From Candidatus Kapaibacterium sp. (GTDB lineage: Bacteria > Bacteroidota > Ignavibacteria > Kapaibacteriales > UBA2268): a stretch of 64,000 nucleotides of DNA. The notes under the pieces were generated by a model, which was given only the letters and a program-made list of their open reading frames with translations, searched no databases and was not told the DNA's origin. The stretch covers positions 9,574 to 73,573 of the forward strand of contig JBAYUQ010000006.1 of NCBI GenBank assembly GCA_041675005.1, given 5' to 3'. Position numbers and translations under genes: made by a program. Position 1 is the first letter of the stretch, and each line of letters opens with the position of its first letter. Positions 51,737-61,699 of the stretch are shown here, one piece after another.

Positions 51737-52531
51737 ATGAAACCAAGAACTTTAGTTATACTGAATACACTTACTTTTCTTCTTGTGATATATGTTAATA
51801 TACTATCAAGTACTGATGTTATAAGTGGTGATACAGTAAGTGATATTAGTTCTAGATACACAACACTCGTTACTCCTTCTGGATACGCCTTTGCAATATG
51901 GGGATTTATCTATACTATGTTAATTGGGTTTATCGGATTTCAGTGGTATTCAGTTTTTAAACTGAAAGACAATACTAATGTTAAAGAAACAGGTTTGTGG
52001 TTCGCTGTTTCTAATCTAGCTAATACTATGTGGATTATTGCTTGGGTGAATGAATGGTTACTAATGTCCGTGTTCTTTATGGTCTTGCTCCTAATTTCAC
52101 TTTCCAAACTAGTTATTAGACATAGATTAGAGATTTGGGATGCACCATTGCGGATTATGCTTTTCGTTTGGTGGCCTATTACTTTCTACTTCGGTTGGGT
52201 TATATTGGCTTCTGTAGTTAATTTTTCCGCATTTCTTACTAGTTTAAATTTGGGATTAGCAGCAGGAGTAGTTGAATTATTGGCTATTATTGAGCTTATG
52301 ATAGCGATGATTATCTACCTTGTTTTATTATCAAAAAGAAATTTAAGAGAAGCCGCATTAGTTGGTGTTTGGGGATTTATCGCTATTTCAGTCAAGCAAT
52401 TTGAAGTAAATGAGAGTATAGGTTACATAGCAATTATTTTGGCATTCATATTGATTTCAGTTATAGGAAGACATGCTTGGCGGAATAGAGAAACTACTCC
52501 CATAAAAAAGATAGGACGAAAAGAATTTTGA
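51737..52531 (+). CDS. polytopic membrane protein, possibly TspO/MBR-like
   Basis: Trp-rich TM helices; VTPSGYAFAIWGFIYTML resembles the TspO N-terminus. Confidence 0.35.
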   Translation: MKPRTLVILNTLTFLLVIYVNILSSTDVISGDTVSDISSRYTTLVTPSGYAFAIWGFIYTMLIGFIGFQWYSVFKLKDNTNVKETGLWFAVSNLANTMWIIAWVNEWLLMSVFFMVLLLISLSKLVIRHRLEIWDAPLRIMLFVWWPITFYFGWVILASVVNFSAFLTSLNLGLAAGVVELLAIIELMIAMIIYLVLLSKRNLREAALVGVWGFIAISVKQFEVNESIGYIAIILAFILISVIGRHAWRNRETTPIKKIGRKEF

Positions 52532-52581
52532 TATTTTAATTTTTAATTCTTATATTGCCTTTATAAAGAATAGGATAGCTT

Positions 52582-53262
52582 ATGGAATTATCTATACTCG
52601 AGAAAATTACACTAATAGCACTTGACGATGACACTGGTAAATGGGTGACTGACTCTATGCGGCTTAATTACGCCTTGGCTGGTGGAGTTTTATTACAACT
52701 TACCCAGAAAAAGAAAATCGAATTAGTTGATAATAAAGTAAATATACTTGACAATAGTCCGACCGACAATTTCCTGATGAATGATGCTTTAACGTTAATA
52801 GAGGAAATAACTAATAAAAAAGCTGTTAATGTAGTTTATAAATTAGCTAGGTTAACTAGAAAGCTGAAAGATGGAATCGTAATTGATTTAATGTCCAAAG
52901 GAATATTAAAAGAGCAAGAAGGTAAGGTTATGTGGCTATTTCCGACTACTCACTACCCGATGGTAGATAGTACTTTGGAGAATAGAGTAAAAGCCGAACT
53001 AATCGATATAGTTGACAATAACCACTCTGCCCAAAATGAAGATAATCTATTTTTATTGAGCGTATTGCTGAATTGTAATTTGGAAAAAGAAGTATTTGGC
53101 AATAAAGCAAATAAGAAGAAAATTACGAAAAGAATAGAAGAACTAACAGCAGAGAATTCTGTTGGTGGTGCTACTAATCAAGCACTGATTCAGATGCAAG
53201 CAGCTATGACTATGTTGATGATTTCTACAGCGACCATCTCTGCGACAAGTAGCAGCCGATAA
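52582..53262 (+). CDS. GPP34/GOLPH3-like family protein
   Basis: N-terminal LSILEKITLIALDDDTGKW resembles the bacterial GPP34 signature. Confidence 0.4.
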   Translation: MELSILEKITLIALDDDTGKWVTDSMRLNYALAGGVLLQLTQKKKIELVDNKVNILDNSPTDNFLMNDALTLIEEITNKKAVNVVYKLARLTRKLKDGIVIDLMSKGILKEQEGKVMWLFPTTHYPMVDSTLENRVKAELIDIVDNNHSAQNEDNLFLLSVLLNCNLEKEVFGNKANKKKITKRIEELTAENSVGGATNQALIQMQAAMTMLMISTATISATSSSR

Positions 53263-53279
53263 TAGGTCTTCTTGTTTTT

Positions 53280-54392
53280 CTAATCTAACAGCTTCTTGTA
53301 GAGGTCGTGTCCGTACAATCCAAAATTCTTAAAGTAACCAGTGTACCACTGATTTAGTTGTATGCCATTCTGAATAGATTGCTCTATATCACTGATGGAA
53401 CTTATACCACCTGTCCGAATTACATGAAATTCATTAGGAGGGTTAATCTTTGCAATCGACTTTATTGCTTTGCTAGCTAGTTCGAGCGAGGTTAATCGGA
53501 GAGGTTCACCTGACAATCCACCACCAAAAGTATTATAGAAATAATAGTAGTGATGGAGCTCTTTTCGTCTGATACTAGTTTCTAATTCCTTGTATCGAGT
53601 AGAAGTATTACCAAAATTCACTCCTGAATATCTCAAATCTACAAGTATTCGTACCAAATCTTCAACTTGATTGATATTAGTATCATTTGACAACTTAACT
53701 AAAACAGGTAGATTGCGGTTTAGTTTTGATATAAAATTCTGAGAGATATACTCTAGTCTATCTATTAGCTCTGGCTCTAGATTGTTGCTAACAGACTTAC
53801 CTTCAACATTGGGGCAACTCTCATTTATTTCAATGAAATCTACTCCAGCTCGTTCGTACATTTCTAAGCCCAAAACCATATTTTTTAGAGCAACTTCTTT
53901 GTTATCGATAGGATCATAAGATAGGGAAATCCCAATTGGGCAGTTCTTAACTCTTTCTATTTTACTCAATCTATTAGCTACTACTTCGTGCCCAGGGTTA
54001 GGTAACCCCAACCAGTTTATAGCTGCTTGTGAACGAGGGAAAGGTAAAAAAGGATGAGTCGTCTTGTATTTAGTATTTCCTTCACGGCTAAGATAGGTTG
54101 TAGTACCAGCTAAGAATGCACCAGCCCCTTGTTTAGCCACTACATGGTAACCCTTGCCTAGTTTGAACATTCCTGCCGCATTGAATATTGGTGCATTGAA
54201 CCGAATATCCCATAATTTAACAGATTGATCTTTTCGAAATACTACTCTTTCGTCAGGAATATCATTTACATATTTCTTCATGAACTTGGTTTTGCCATAG
54301 GACGTGATTCTCGCAGCTGCATCAGCTGGTAAGTAAGCCAGAAGTGGCCTGAAATGATGTTCTATACTGGCGAATTTTTCTAATAAACTCAC
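53280..54392 (-). CDS. pyrD: dihydroorotate dehydrogenase family protein (class 2-like)
   Basis: NAAGMFKLGKG, NWLGLPNPG, INESCPN (cf. NISSPNT), GGLSGEPL, RTGGI motifs, collinear with E. coli PyrD. Confidence 0.6.
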   Translation of the reverse strand: MSLLEKFASIEHHFRPLLAYLPADAAARITSYGKTKFMKKYVNDIPDERVVFRKDQSVKLWDIRFNAPIFNAAGMFKLGKGYHVVAKQGAGAFLAGTTTYLSREGNTKYKTTHPFLPFPRSQAAINWLGLPNPGHEVVANRLSKIERVKNCPIGISLSYDPIDNKEVALKNMVLGLEMYERAGVDFIEINESCPNVEGKSVSNNLEPELIDRLEYISQNFISKLNRNLPVLVKLSNDTNINQVEDLVRILVDLRYSGVNFGNTSTRYKELETSIRRKELHHYYYFYNTFGGGLSGEPLRLTSLELASKAIKSIAKINPPNEFHVIRTGGISSISDIEQSIQNGIQLNQWYTGYFKNFGLYGHDLYKKLLD

Positions 54393-56128
54393 ACAAGTTC
54401 CTTTCTTAATCGTGCAACTGGTATTTTTAGTTGCTCACGGTATTTTGCAATCGTTCTACGAGCTACATTGAAACCGTAGTCTTTCATCAACTTACTTAGT
54501 TTCTGATCACTATGTGGTTTACGTTTATCTTCAGCTTCTATTACGTCTTTTAATTTTTGTTTGATTATACGAGTTGATACTTCTTCTCCTTCATCGTTTG
54601 GTAGTGACTCACTGAAAAAATACTTAAGCTCATAAGTTCCAAAATCCGTTCTCACATATTTGCCATTAACTATACGACAAACAGTAGAAATATCTAAACC
54701 TGTTTCCTCAGCTACGGCTTTGTAAATAAGTGGTTTAATACCTAATTCACCAACCTCAAAAAAATCCTTTTGCAAGTGTGCAATTGCAGTCATCACCATT
54801 AGCATAGTGTGCTTACGTTGCTTTATTGCTTGGATTAAGAATTTAGCATCATCATATTTCTTACGAATCCAATCTCGCGTTTCTTGATTAAACTTTCGGT
54901 ATTTCACCTCTTTACGCATTTTCTCATAAGCTTTGTTTAATCTAAGCTCTGGAATTGTATTATCATTAAGTGAGATAAGTAACTCACCTGTCTCTTCTTC
55001 TTTCAATACTATGTAATCAGGAGTAACGGTATTTATTTCGTTCTGATAGTCGTGTCCACCTGGTTTCGGATTCAATCCACGTATTACATCTAATACTTTT
55101 TTCAAAATATCTTCAGTTATCGCCAATTCTTTAATTATAGCAGCATAGTGCTTTTTCATAAATTGGTCGTAATAATTCTCTATTATCTCATAAGATAAAT
55201 CTTCATACTCATTTGGCTCCATTATGGCATCTAACTGCGAGAGTAAGCATTCCTGTATTGAACGAGAACCAATCCCTGGAGGGTCTAAGTGCTGTACAGA
55301 ATAGAGAACTTTCTCAGCATGTTTCATTGTCACTTCTTCGAATGGCTCGAAATCAAGAATGGAATTAATTTCGGATTCATCTAAAGATCCATTTTCTTCT
55401 AAAACACCTTGTATTTGCTCTGTACTAACTCCATTACTATGTATTGGAAGTATATTCTTAATCTTATTCATATACTCCCTTTCTTCATCCTCTAGTGCAA
55501 ATTGCTTAGCTGGATTACTGTAGTCAATGGGGGTTTCTTCTTTTATTTCATTGAAGCTATTTTCTAGCTGATAGTTTAGTTCAGCTAATAGTTGATTAGT
55601 TTCGAATACGATTTCTTTCAAATCACGGCGGAGGTAACCGTCATTATCTATATTTCCAATTATCTGTTCACCGAGTACATATTCTTCTTTAGACAATTTT
55701 AATAATCTAAGTTGAGATACTAGACTCTCAGATTCTGTAGTTGATGATTTGTAGGGCATTTCATTGTCTTCATCATCATCATTCCCAGAATAGTTGGAGT
55801 TTCTGTCTGCGTCAGTTGTGCCGTCCCAAAGCAATTTCTGGAATTCGAAGGGGTCATTAGATTCATCGAATTGCTTAGCTTCTTCGGGTCTATCTAGCAT
55901 TTCTTCACGAACAGAGCTGTTCTCTTCTTCCCTAGTAATTGGAACATGATCAATATCAAATTCATCATCATCAAAAGAAGCATCATCCAACATTGGATTG
56001 GCTTCTATTTGTTGCTGTACGTGCTGCTCTAACTGTATCAGAGGCAACTGTAACAGTTTAAGATATTGTATTTGCTGCGGTGTGAGAGTCTGCGAGAGAC
56101 TCGTCTTCATGTTTAATCCAAGTTTCAA
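54389..56128 (-). CDS. rpoN: RNA polymerase sigma-54 factor
   Basis: N-terminal LTPQQIQYLKLLQLPLIQLEQ (region I). C-terminal RpoN box ARRTIAKYRE. Confidence 0.9.
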   Translation of the reverse strand: MKLGLNMKTSLSQTLTPQQIQYLKLLQLPLIQLEQHVQQQIEANPMLDDASFDDDEFDIDHVPITREEENSSVREEMLDRPEEAKQFDESNDPFEFQKLLWDGTTDADRNSNYSGNDDDEDNEMPYKSSTTESESLVSQLRLLKLSKEEYVLGEQIIGNIDNDGYLRRDLKEIVFETNQLLAELNYQLENSFNEIKEETPIDYSNPAKQFALEDEEREYMNKIKNILPIHSNGVSTEQIQGVLEENGSLDESEINSILDFEPFEEVTMKHAEKVLYSVQHLDPPGIGSRSIQECLLSQLDAIMEPNEYEDLSYEIIENYYDQFMKKHYAAIIKELAITEDILKKVLDVIRGLNPKPGGHDYQNEINTVTPDYIVLKEEETGELLISLNDNTIPELRLNKAYEKMRKEVKYRKFNQETRDWIRKKYDDAKFLIQAIKQRKHTMLMVMTAIAHLQKDFFEVGELGIKPLIYKAVAEETGLDISTVCRIVNGKYVRTDFGTYELKYFFSESLPNDEGEEVSTRIIKQKLKDVIEAEDKRKPHSDQKLSKLMKDYGFNVARRTIAKYREQLKIPVARLRKELV

Positions 56129-56144
56129 TATGTTCCCCCATATA

Positions 56145-56696
56145 TTACTTGACTTGATTTATAAATTTTTCTGTCCATTTCTTTCCGAATCGTCTAACTA
56201 GTGCATCTTTTACTGAATCCACTAGGTGTATTTCCTTTTCTCGGCCGTTTATTCTGCCGGGTTTGCATTCCTTTATTTTGTCATAATAGATATAATCACC
56301 ACCAAAATCACCCACTCGGAGAGGATATAAATGACATGATACTGGTTTTCTGAAATCCGACTCGCCATTGTGATATGCTTTTTCTATCGCACATTTGGCT
56401 ACATCGCCATCATAAAAAACAAAAACACAATCTTTGTCATCTATACATCTTGTGTATAGTCCATCTGGCTTTTCGTCTATATATCCATCTTCTTCTATAA
56501 TTCTTAATGAACGTTCATCAAGATATTTTTTAGCTGCTTCTAGATTTTTCTCTATTTCTGCTACTTCTTCTTTTAATACTGGTGCACCATGATCACCTTC
56601 GAACGTACAGCACGCTCCTTTGCATTTAGCTATGTCGCAAGCAAAATGGGCGTTTAAAACCTCATGATCAATTAGTACATTATCAATTTTTATCAT
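56145..56696 (-). CDS. Cys-rich DUF3109-like protein
   Basis: Conserved Cys cluster (CDIAKCKGACC...CAIEK...SCHLYP). Immediately upstream of rpoN on the same strand. Confidence 0.4.
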   Translation of the reverse strand: MIKIDNVLIDHEVLNAHFACDIAKCKGACCTFEGDHGAPVLKEEVAEIEKNLEAAKKYLDERSLRIIEEDGYIDEKPDGLYTRCIDDKDCVFVFYDGDVAKCAIEKAYHNGESDFRKPVSCHLYPLRVGDFGGDYIYYDKIKECKPGRINGREKEIHLVDSVKDALVRRFGKKWTEKFINQVK

Positions 56697-56924
56697 AAAT
56701 TCGGAGACCCTTAGAAATTATTGTGCCAAAAACTATCACAAGATAAATATATTTTTTATAAATAAAAACGAATTTGTAATTTTTTTACATTATTTTCTGG
56801 TAATTAACTTTTTATTCATAATCCAAGATTACTAATTTCCTTTGTAAGTCTCAATTAAAGCGTATTTTTGTAGAGACGGGAAACGCAGAATTACTAATAA
56901 TTAACTGAGAAATTTAAATACTAA

Positions 56925-58529
56925 TTGGGCAATAATTTTCAAATAAAATGGAAGTCATCTTCGAAACTATGGTTGATTCTTTCAGTTGTTTTCTCGATTG
57001 TGCTTCTTATTCCATTAGGTAGTATATTCCTCTCCATATTCGAAACGGTCGGTGACGGTTGGAATGAAATATTTGATGGCTTGATACAGACTTATTTGCT
57101 TAATACTGTTATATTAGCAGCCGGTGTGTCTCTTTGTACTTTACTGTTTGCAGTACTCCCAGCATGGCTTATAGCAAATTACCGGTTTCCATTCTCCAAG
57201 AGTTTGAAATGGATGATGGTACTTCCATTATCTATTCCTACATATATTATTGCGTTTCTATATGGTGATATTTTTAGTTTCGGGGGGGAGTTTTACTTAC
57301 TTACAGAACATCTATTCGGCATTGGGATAAAGGAAATATACTTCGATATATTCAAAATCTACTATCTAATTCCCATATTGTCCTCTGTACTTTACCCATA
57401 TATCTATCTTACTTGCTTAGATTCATTCGAGAATAACAATCGATCATTCATCGAATCTGCTGAGATAATGGGCAAATCACGCTCTACTATTTTTAGAAAA
57501 ATAGCAATTCCATTATCAAGGCCAGCTATCGTATCGGGACTTTTCCTTGTGAATATGGAACTCCTGAATGATTATGGGGCAATGGATTTTTTCGGTATTC
57601 AAACCTTCACGACAGGTATTTTCAGAACTTGGTTTGGACTAAATGACTTGGGAACAGCACTTCGTTTAGCACTTATTTTATTCTCAATTTCATTCATATT
57701 TATTTATGTTGAACGTGTTTTCAGAAGGCAAGCAAAATACTACGAAGAAGGAAATCATGCTAATCTCACTAAAAAGAGAAAGGGATTCTTCGGTTCTATA
57801 TTAGCGATGGTAGTTTGTTTTATACCAGTTCTAATAGGGTTTATATTCCCAATTGCAAAGTTAGTATATAATGCGATAACTACATATCATTCAGTCGATT
57901 TCTTCGCTTATATTGTGGCAATGATGAATACCGTATTTTTAGCAGTTGCGGCTGGGTCAGTGATTGTAATCGTTTCTCTATCATTAATCTATGGTGAACG
58001 AACTGGTAAATTCGGATGGGTGAGTAAACTAATATCACTTTCCACGATTGGATATGCAATACCCGGTGCTATCATCGCTGTATCTATGCTATTCTTTTTA
58101 TCTGGATTAAAAGCCTCATTCGGTATATTCGGATTTGGGACTTTGATTGTATTGATATATGCCTATAATATCAGATTTATGGCTACTGCTTACTCACCAA
58201 TCAAATCAACTACGGATAAGCTAGGCATGAATTCCTACGATACTTCTAGGTTGCTTGGGAATGGTAATTTTAAAACATTCTGGAAAGTGGAATTACCAAT
58301 TATTCAACCAGCTATACTAACAGCAATGTTAGTAGCAGTTGTAGAGATATTAAAAGAGCTACCTCTGACTCTTATACTCAGACCCTTCAATTATGAGACG
58401 CTTTCGACTATTGCGTACCAATATGCTAAAAACGAGATGGTAAAAGATGCTTCGATTTATTCGCTTTCTATCGTAGCTATTTCTATATTGCCTATTATAT
58501 TTTTTGTGAAATCAAAGAAAGAACAATGA
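56925..58529 (+). CDS. ABC transporter permease with two fused permease domains (FbpB/ThiP-type)
   Basis: About 12 TM helices in two halves. EAA-like loop (ESAEIMGKSRSTIFRKIAIPL) in the first half and a second one near the C-terminus. Confidence 0.65.
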   Translation: MGNNFQIKWKSSSKLWLILSVVFSIVLLIPLGSIFLSIFETVGDGWNEIFDGLIQTYLLNTVILAAGVSLCTLLFAVLPAWLIANYRFPFSKSLKWMMVLPLSIPTYIIAFLYGDIFSFGGEFYLLTEHLFGIGIKEIYFDIFKIYYLIPILSSVLYPYIYLTCLDSFENNNRSFIESAEIMGKSRSTIFRKIAIPLSRPAIVSGLFLVNMELLNDYGAMDFFGIQTFTTGIFRTWFGLNDLGTALRLALILFSISFIFIYVERVFRRQAKYYEEGNHANLTKKRKGFFGSILAMVVCFIPVLIGFIFPIAKLVYNAITTYHSVDFFAYIVAMMNTVFLAVAAGSVIVIVSLSLIYGERTGKFGWVSKLISLSTIGYAIPGAIIAVSMLFFLSGLKASFGIFGFGTLIVLIYAYNIRFMATAYSPIKSTTDKLGMNSYDTSRLLGNGNFKTFWKVELPIIQPAILTAMLVAVVEILKELPLTLILRPFNYETLSTIAYQYAKNEMVKDASIYSLSIVAISILPIIFFVKSKKEQ

Positions 58530-59500
58530 GCTTTTTGCAAGTAAAAAACATAGTAAAATCATTTGGAAAAACTGAAGTATTGCGAGGTATTTCGTTTGAA
58601 ATGGAAGCTCATTCACGGTTAGCTTTAATTGGCAAATCAGGTAGTGGGAAAACAACTATGCTCCGATTGATAGCTGGATTAGAAATACCAAATAGTGGTA
58701 GTATATCTATTAATGGAGAAGTGCTAACCTCGGATAATAGCTACATTAAACCAGAAAAGCGGAATCTGGGCTATGTATTTCAGAACCATTCGCTATTTCC
58801 ACACCTTGATGTTTATCATAATATTGTATTCGGAATGGATAAGCTACCTAAGAAAGAGAGAATGGAAGTTGTAATGTCATATCTGGCAATGCTAGGTTTA
58901 GAAGATAAACTAAAAAGCTATCCACATCAACTATCAGGCGGCGAAAAACAAAGAATCTCTATTATCAGAACATTAGCTTCAAAACCGAGATTACTTTTGT
59001 TAGATGAGCCATTCAGTAATCTAGATAAGCACACCAAAGAAAGATTAAAAGTTGATTTGAAAAATATTCTAGATAAGGAAAAGCTCCCTACTATTATGAT
59101 AACCCACGATGCAGATGATTCTTTTGATTTAGCAGATGAGGTGATATTACTAGACGAAGGTAAAATAGGAGCTAGAGGAAATCCGGAAGAACTCTACAAA
59201 AGACCGATCAATGATCACTCTGCTCGTTTTTTTAGTGAAACAGAGATAATAGAAAAAGGTGAATTGAACAAAACCTTCTTTGATCATTTTGAATTGAGTG
59301 CAAATAAGGTTTGCATTTCCCCGCAAGCAATTTCATTAGCTTCGACTGGTACAGAAGCTAAAGTAATTGGACATAAGTTCGTAGGGAATGGATATATGGT
59401 AATACTCGATTGTAAGGGAGCTAAGTTAAAGATGTTTTCTATACAGCGAATACCAGATTCATCTATTACAGTAGAGATTAGCAAAATTATAGAACTTTGA
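58526..59500 (+). CDS. ABC transporter ATP-binding protein (FbpC/ThiQ-like) with a C-terminal TOBE-like domain
   Basis: Walker A GKSGSGKTT, signature LSGGEKQRISI, Walker B LLLDEPFSNLD. ATGA overlap with the permease gene. Confidence 0.8.
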   Translation: MSFLQVKNIVKSFGKTEVLRGISFEMEAHSRLALIGKSGSGKTTMLRLIAGLEIPNSGSISINGEVLTSDNSYIKPEKRNLGYVFQNHSLFPHLDVYHNIVFGMDKLPKKERMEVVMSYLAMLGLEDKLKSYPHQLSGGEKQRISIIRTLASKPRLLLLDEPFSNLDKHTKERLKVDLKNILDKEKLPTIMITHDADDSFDLADEVILLDEGKIGARGNPEELYKRPINDHSARFFSETEIIEKGELNKTFFDHFELSANKVCISPQAISLASTGTEAKVIGHKFVGNGYMVILDCKGAKLKMFSIQRIPDSSITVEISKIIEL

Positions 59501-59714
59501 TTGGGGGATTAATTACTAACTTTTCAAATCAATTTGTAATTATTAATTAAATTTTGTAAATTTTCGTTAATATTGTGACTTATATATATTTATTTTGGCA
59601 AAACAATAGATTTATATAGACTGATTTGCACACTGGCACGTTATTATATTATGATATAGTCTTTATACTTACAGACTTAGTATTAGAATTGAGAATTAAT
59701 TAAAGTAAAATTTT

Positions 59715-61625
59715 ATGGCAAAACCACATTCATTTCATATACCCGTTATGGGAATTGGATTCACTATCGATACACCTCTCAAAGTAGCACATCTTGGGAT
59801 TGACTCTGTCATATCACTAGTTGATGATATGTTGCTCGAAAGATTGCGGAAGATGTATAGTGAAAAATTCGGTGTACCTTACGTAGAAATAACAAAAAAA
59901 GCCGAAGATCTGAGAGCTCGCCGTATTACGGCATATCTGAATTTGATAAATGAATTCGCTGAAAAGAAATTCGAAAAATTAAAAGACGTAACAGTAAATC
60001 AAGGCAAAGAACTAAAAGAGTATTTCAAACTATTGCCTGATACATCGAAAATAAAGCAAGAGTTCAACGAATTAGTAGCTAAAGTATCAGATCTAACTGA
60101 ACTGAAATCTTGGATTGAAGAAAACGTAAAGATGGGTAGTATAGACGTCAATATTATGACTAAAGTTGACAAAGAGAACTACGTCAAGAAACAACAACTA
60201 CCAATTGAATACAACGATGCTCACGCAGCTTTGCGTGGCTATGCACTAAGTAATCTGAAATCTGGGATAGTACTCTCGGCTGGTATGAATCCACGACTTT
60301 TCTCTTACATGGAGAATTTCGATGATTTCTATGCAAATGAGAACGGTGAGATTACTAAAAAGATAATCTTAAAGGTCAGTGATTACCGCTCTGCTCTTAT
60401 CCAAGGTAAATATCTTGCAAAGAAAGGAATATGGGTGTCTGAGTACAGAATAGAATCTGGTCTAAACTGTGGAGGTCACGCTTTTGCAACTGATGGTTTC
60501 CTTTTAGGTCCTGCATTGGAAGAGTTCAAAGAAAGAAGAGAAGAGCTATATGATGATGTATATAGCGTCTTACAACCTGCTTTGGAAAGAAAATTACGAC
60601 CAGTTCCCAAAGTCAAACTAGAAATGAGAATAACGGCACAAGGTGGCGTAGGTACTGCAGAAGAACATAACTTCCTACTTGATTACTACGGTATGGATTC
60701 GATAGGATGGGGAACACCATTCTTACTAGTACCATCTGTGACTACAGTAGATAATGAAACTAGAGCTCAGTTGGTAAAAGCTACTGAAAAAGACTTGTAT
60801 TTGAGTGGTATTTCGCCACTTGGTGTACCTTTCAATAGTATGAGAGGCAATACTAAAGACAAAGAAAGAGATGAAAATCTAAACAAAGGTCGCCCTGGTA
60901 GTTCTTGTCCTAAGGGCTATGTGCAGCTCAACAAAGAATTTGGTGAGAAAGCAATTTGTACTGCTTCTAGACAATACCAAAGATTGAAAATTGAATCTTT
61001 GAAAGAACAACAACTTCCTGAAAACGAGTATCAATTCGAGTACAACAAAGTAGTAGATAGGTCTTGTACTTGTGTGGGATTAGGGACTACTGCTCTTATA
61101 GCTCATGGTTTAGAAACAAGAGTAGAGGGTGCTGGTGTATCAATATGTCCTGGCCCAAATATGGCATATTACGATAAACTAATAAGCATGCACGACATGG
61201 TAGGTCATATATATGGTAGAAAAAATATAATATCTCGCTCAGATAGACCACACATGTTTGTCAAAGAGTTAAACTTATATATAGACTTTCTGAAAACTAA
61301 GGTGGGTGAAGCTACAAGAGCTCCTACTGAAAAAGAGCAAAAGTATTTGAGAACCTTCGCAGAGAATCTAGAAAGTGGAGTTGGGTATTACTTTAATCTG
61401 CTCGAAAATGCTGGCAAAGTTATAAAGAATGCTAATACCACAATCAGAGAACAAATGGAAGAGAGTTTAACATCTTTGAGACTACTCAAATTGAAAATAG
61501 ATAACCTTATGTTGTTCAATATCAAAAGAAGCGAAGAAGTAAAGGAAACTAGAGAAATCGCTTTCAAAGAATCCGCTTTGACTCATAGAAAAAGAAGTAT
61601 AGTTAGCTTTGGTCAATTCTTATAA
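59715..61625 (+). CDS. large hypothetical cytoplasmic protein with a TIM-barrel FMN-type (NPD/IDI-2-like) phosphate-binding motif and a Cys-rich C-terminal region
   Basis: RITAQGGVGTAEEHNFLLDYYGMDSIGWGTPFLL resembles the GG(I/V)xTG...LGA..V..GT.FL motif of the NPD/FabK/IDI-2 family. Extra domains are unassigned. Confidence 0.4.
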   Translation: MAKPHSFHIPVMGIGFTIDTPLKVAHLGIDSVISLVDDMLLERLRKMYSEKFGVPYVEITKKAEDLRARRITAYLNLINEFAEKKFEKLKDVTVNQGKELKEYFKLLPDTSKIKQEFNELVAKVSDLTELKSWIEENVKMGSIDVNIMTKVDKENYVKKQQLPIEYNDAHAALRGYALSNLKSGIVLSAGMNPRLFSYMENFDDFYANENGEITKKIILKVSDYRSALIQGKYLAKKGIWVSEYRIESGLNCGGHAFATDGFLLGPALEEFKERREELYDDVYSVLQPALERKLRPVPKVKLEMRITAQGGVGTAEEHNFLLDYYGMDSIGWGTPFLLVPSVTTVDNETRAQLVKATEKDLYLSGISPLGVPFNSMRGNTKDKERDENLNKGRPGSSCPKGYVQLNKEFGEKAICTASRQYQRLKIESLKEQQLPENEYQFEYNKVVDRSCTCVGLGTTALIAHGLETRVEGAGVSICPGPNMAYYDKLISMHDMVGHIYGRKNIISRSDRPHMFVKELNLYIDFLKTKVGEATRAPTEKEQKYLRTFAENLESGVGYYFNLLENAGKVIKNANTTIREQMEESLTSLRLLKLKIDNLMLFNIKRSEEVKETREIAFKESALTHRKRSIVSFGQFL

Positions 61626-61655
61626 TTGATAGCTAGATATTAATAATCGAATATA

Positions 61656-61691
61656 AGACTGTCTTAAAATATTAGACAGTCTTTTTTTTTA
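61656..61691 (+). terminator. rho-independent terminator
   Basis: AGACTGTCTtaaaatattAGACAGTCT followed by TTTTTTTTT. Confidence 0.7.
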
Positions 61692-61699
61692 TTAAAGTG

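Noticed and set aside
56880-56930. CTGAGA box in the ABC importer leader, suggestive of a TPP riboswitch
   Set aside because: The rest of the THI-box consensus (CCTGATCTGG...GCGTAGGGA) is absent.
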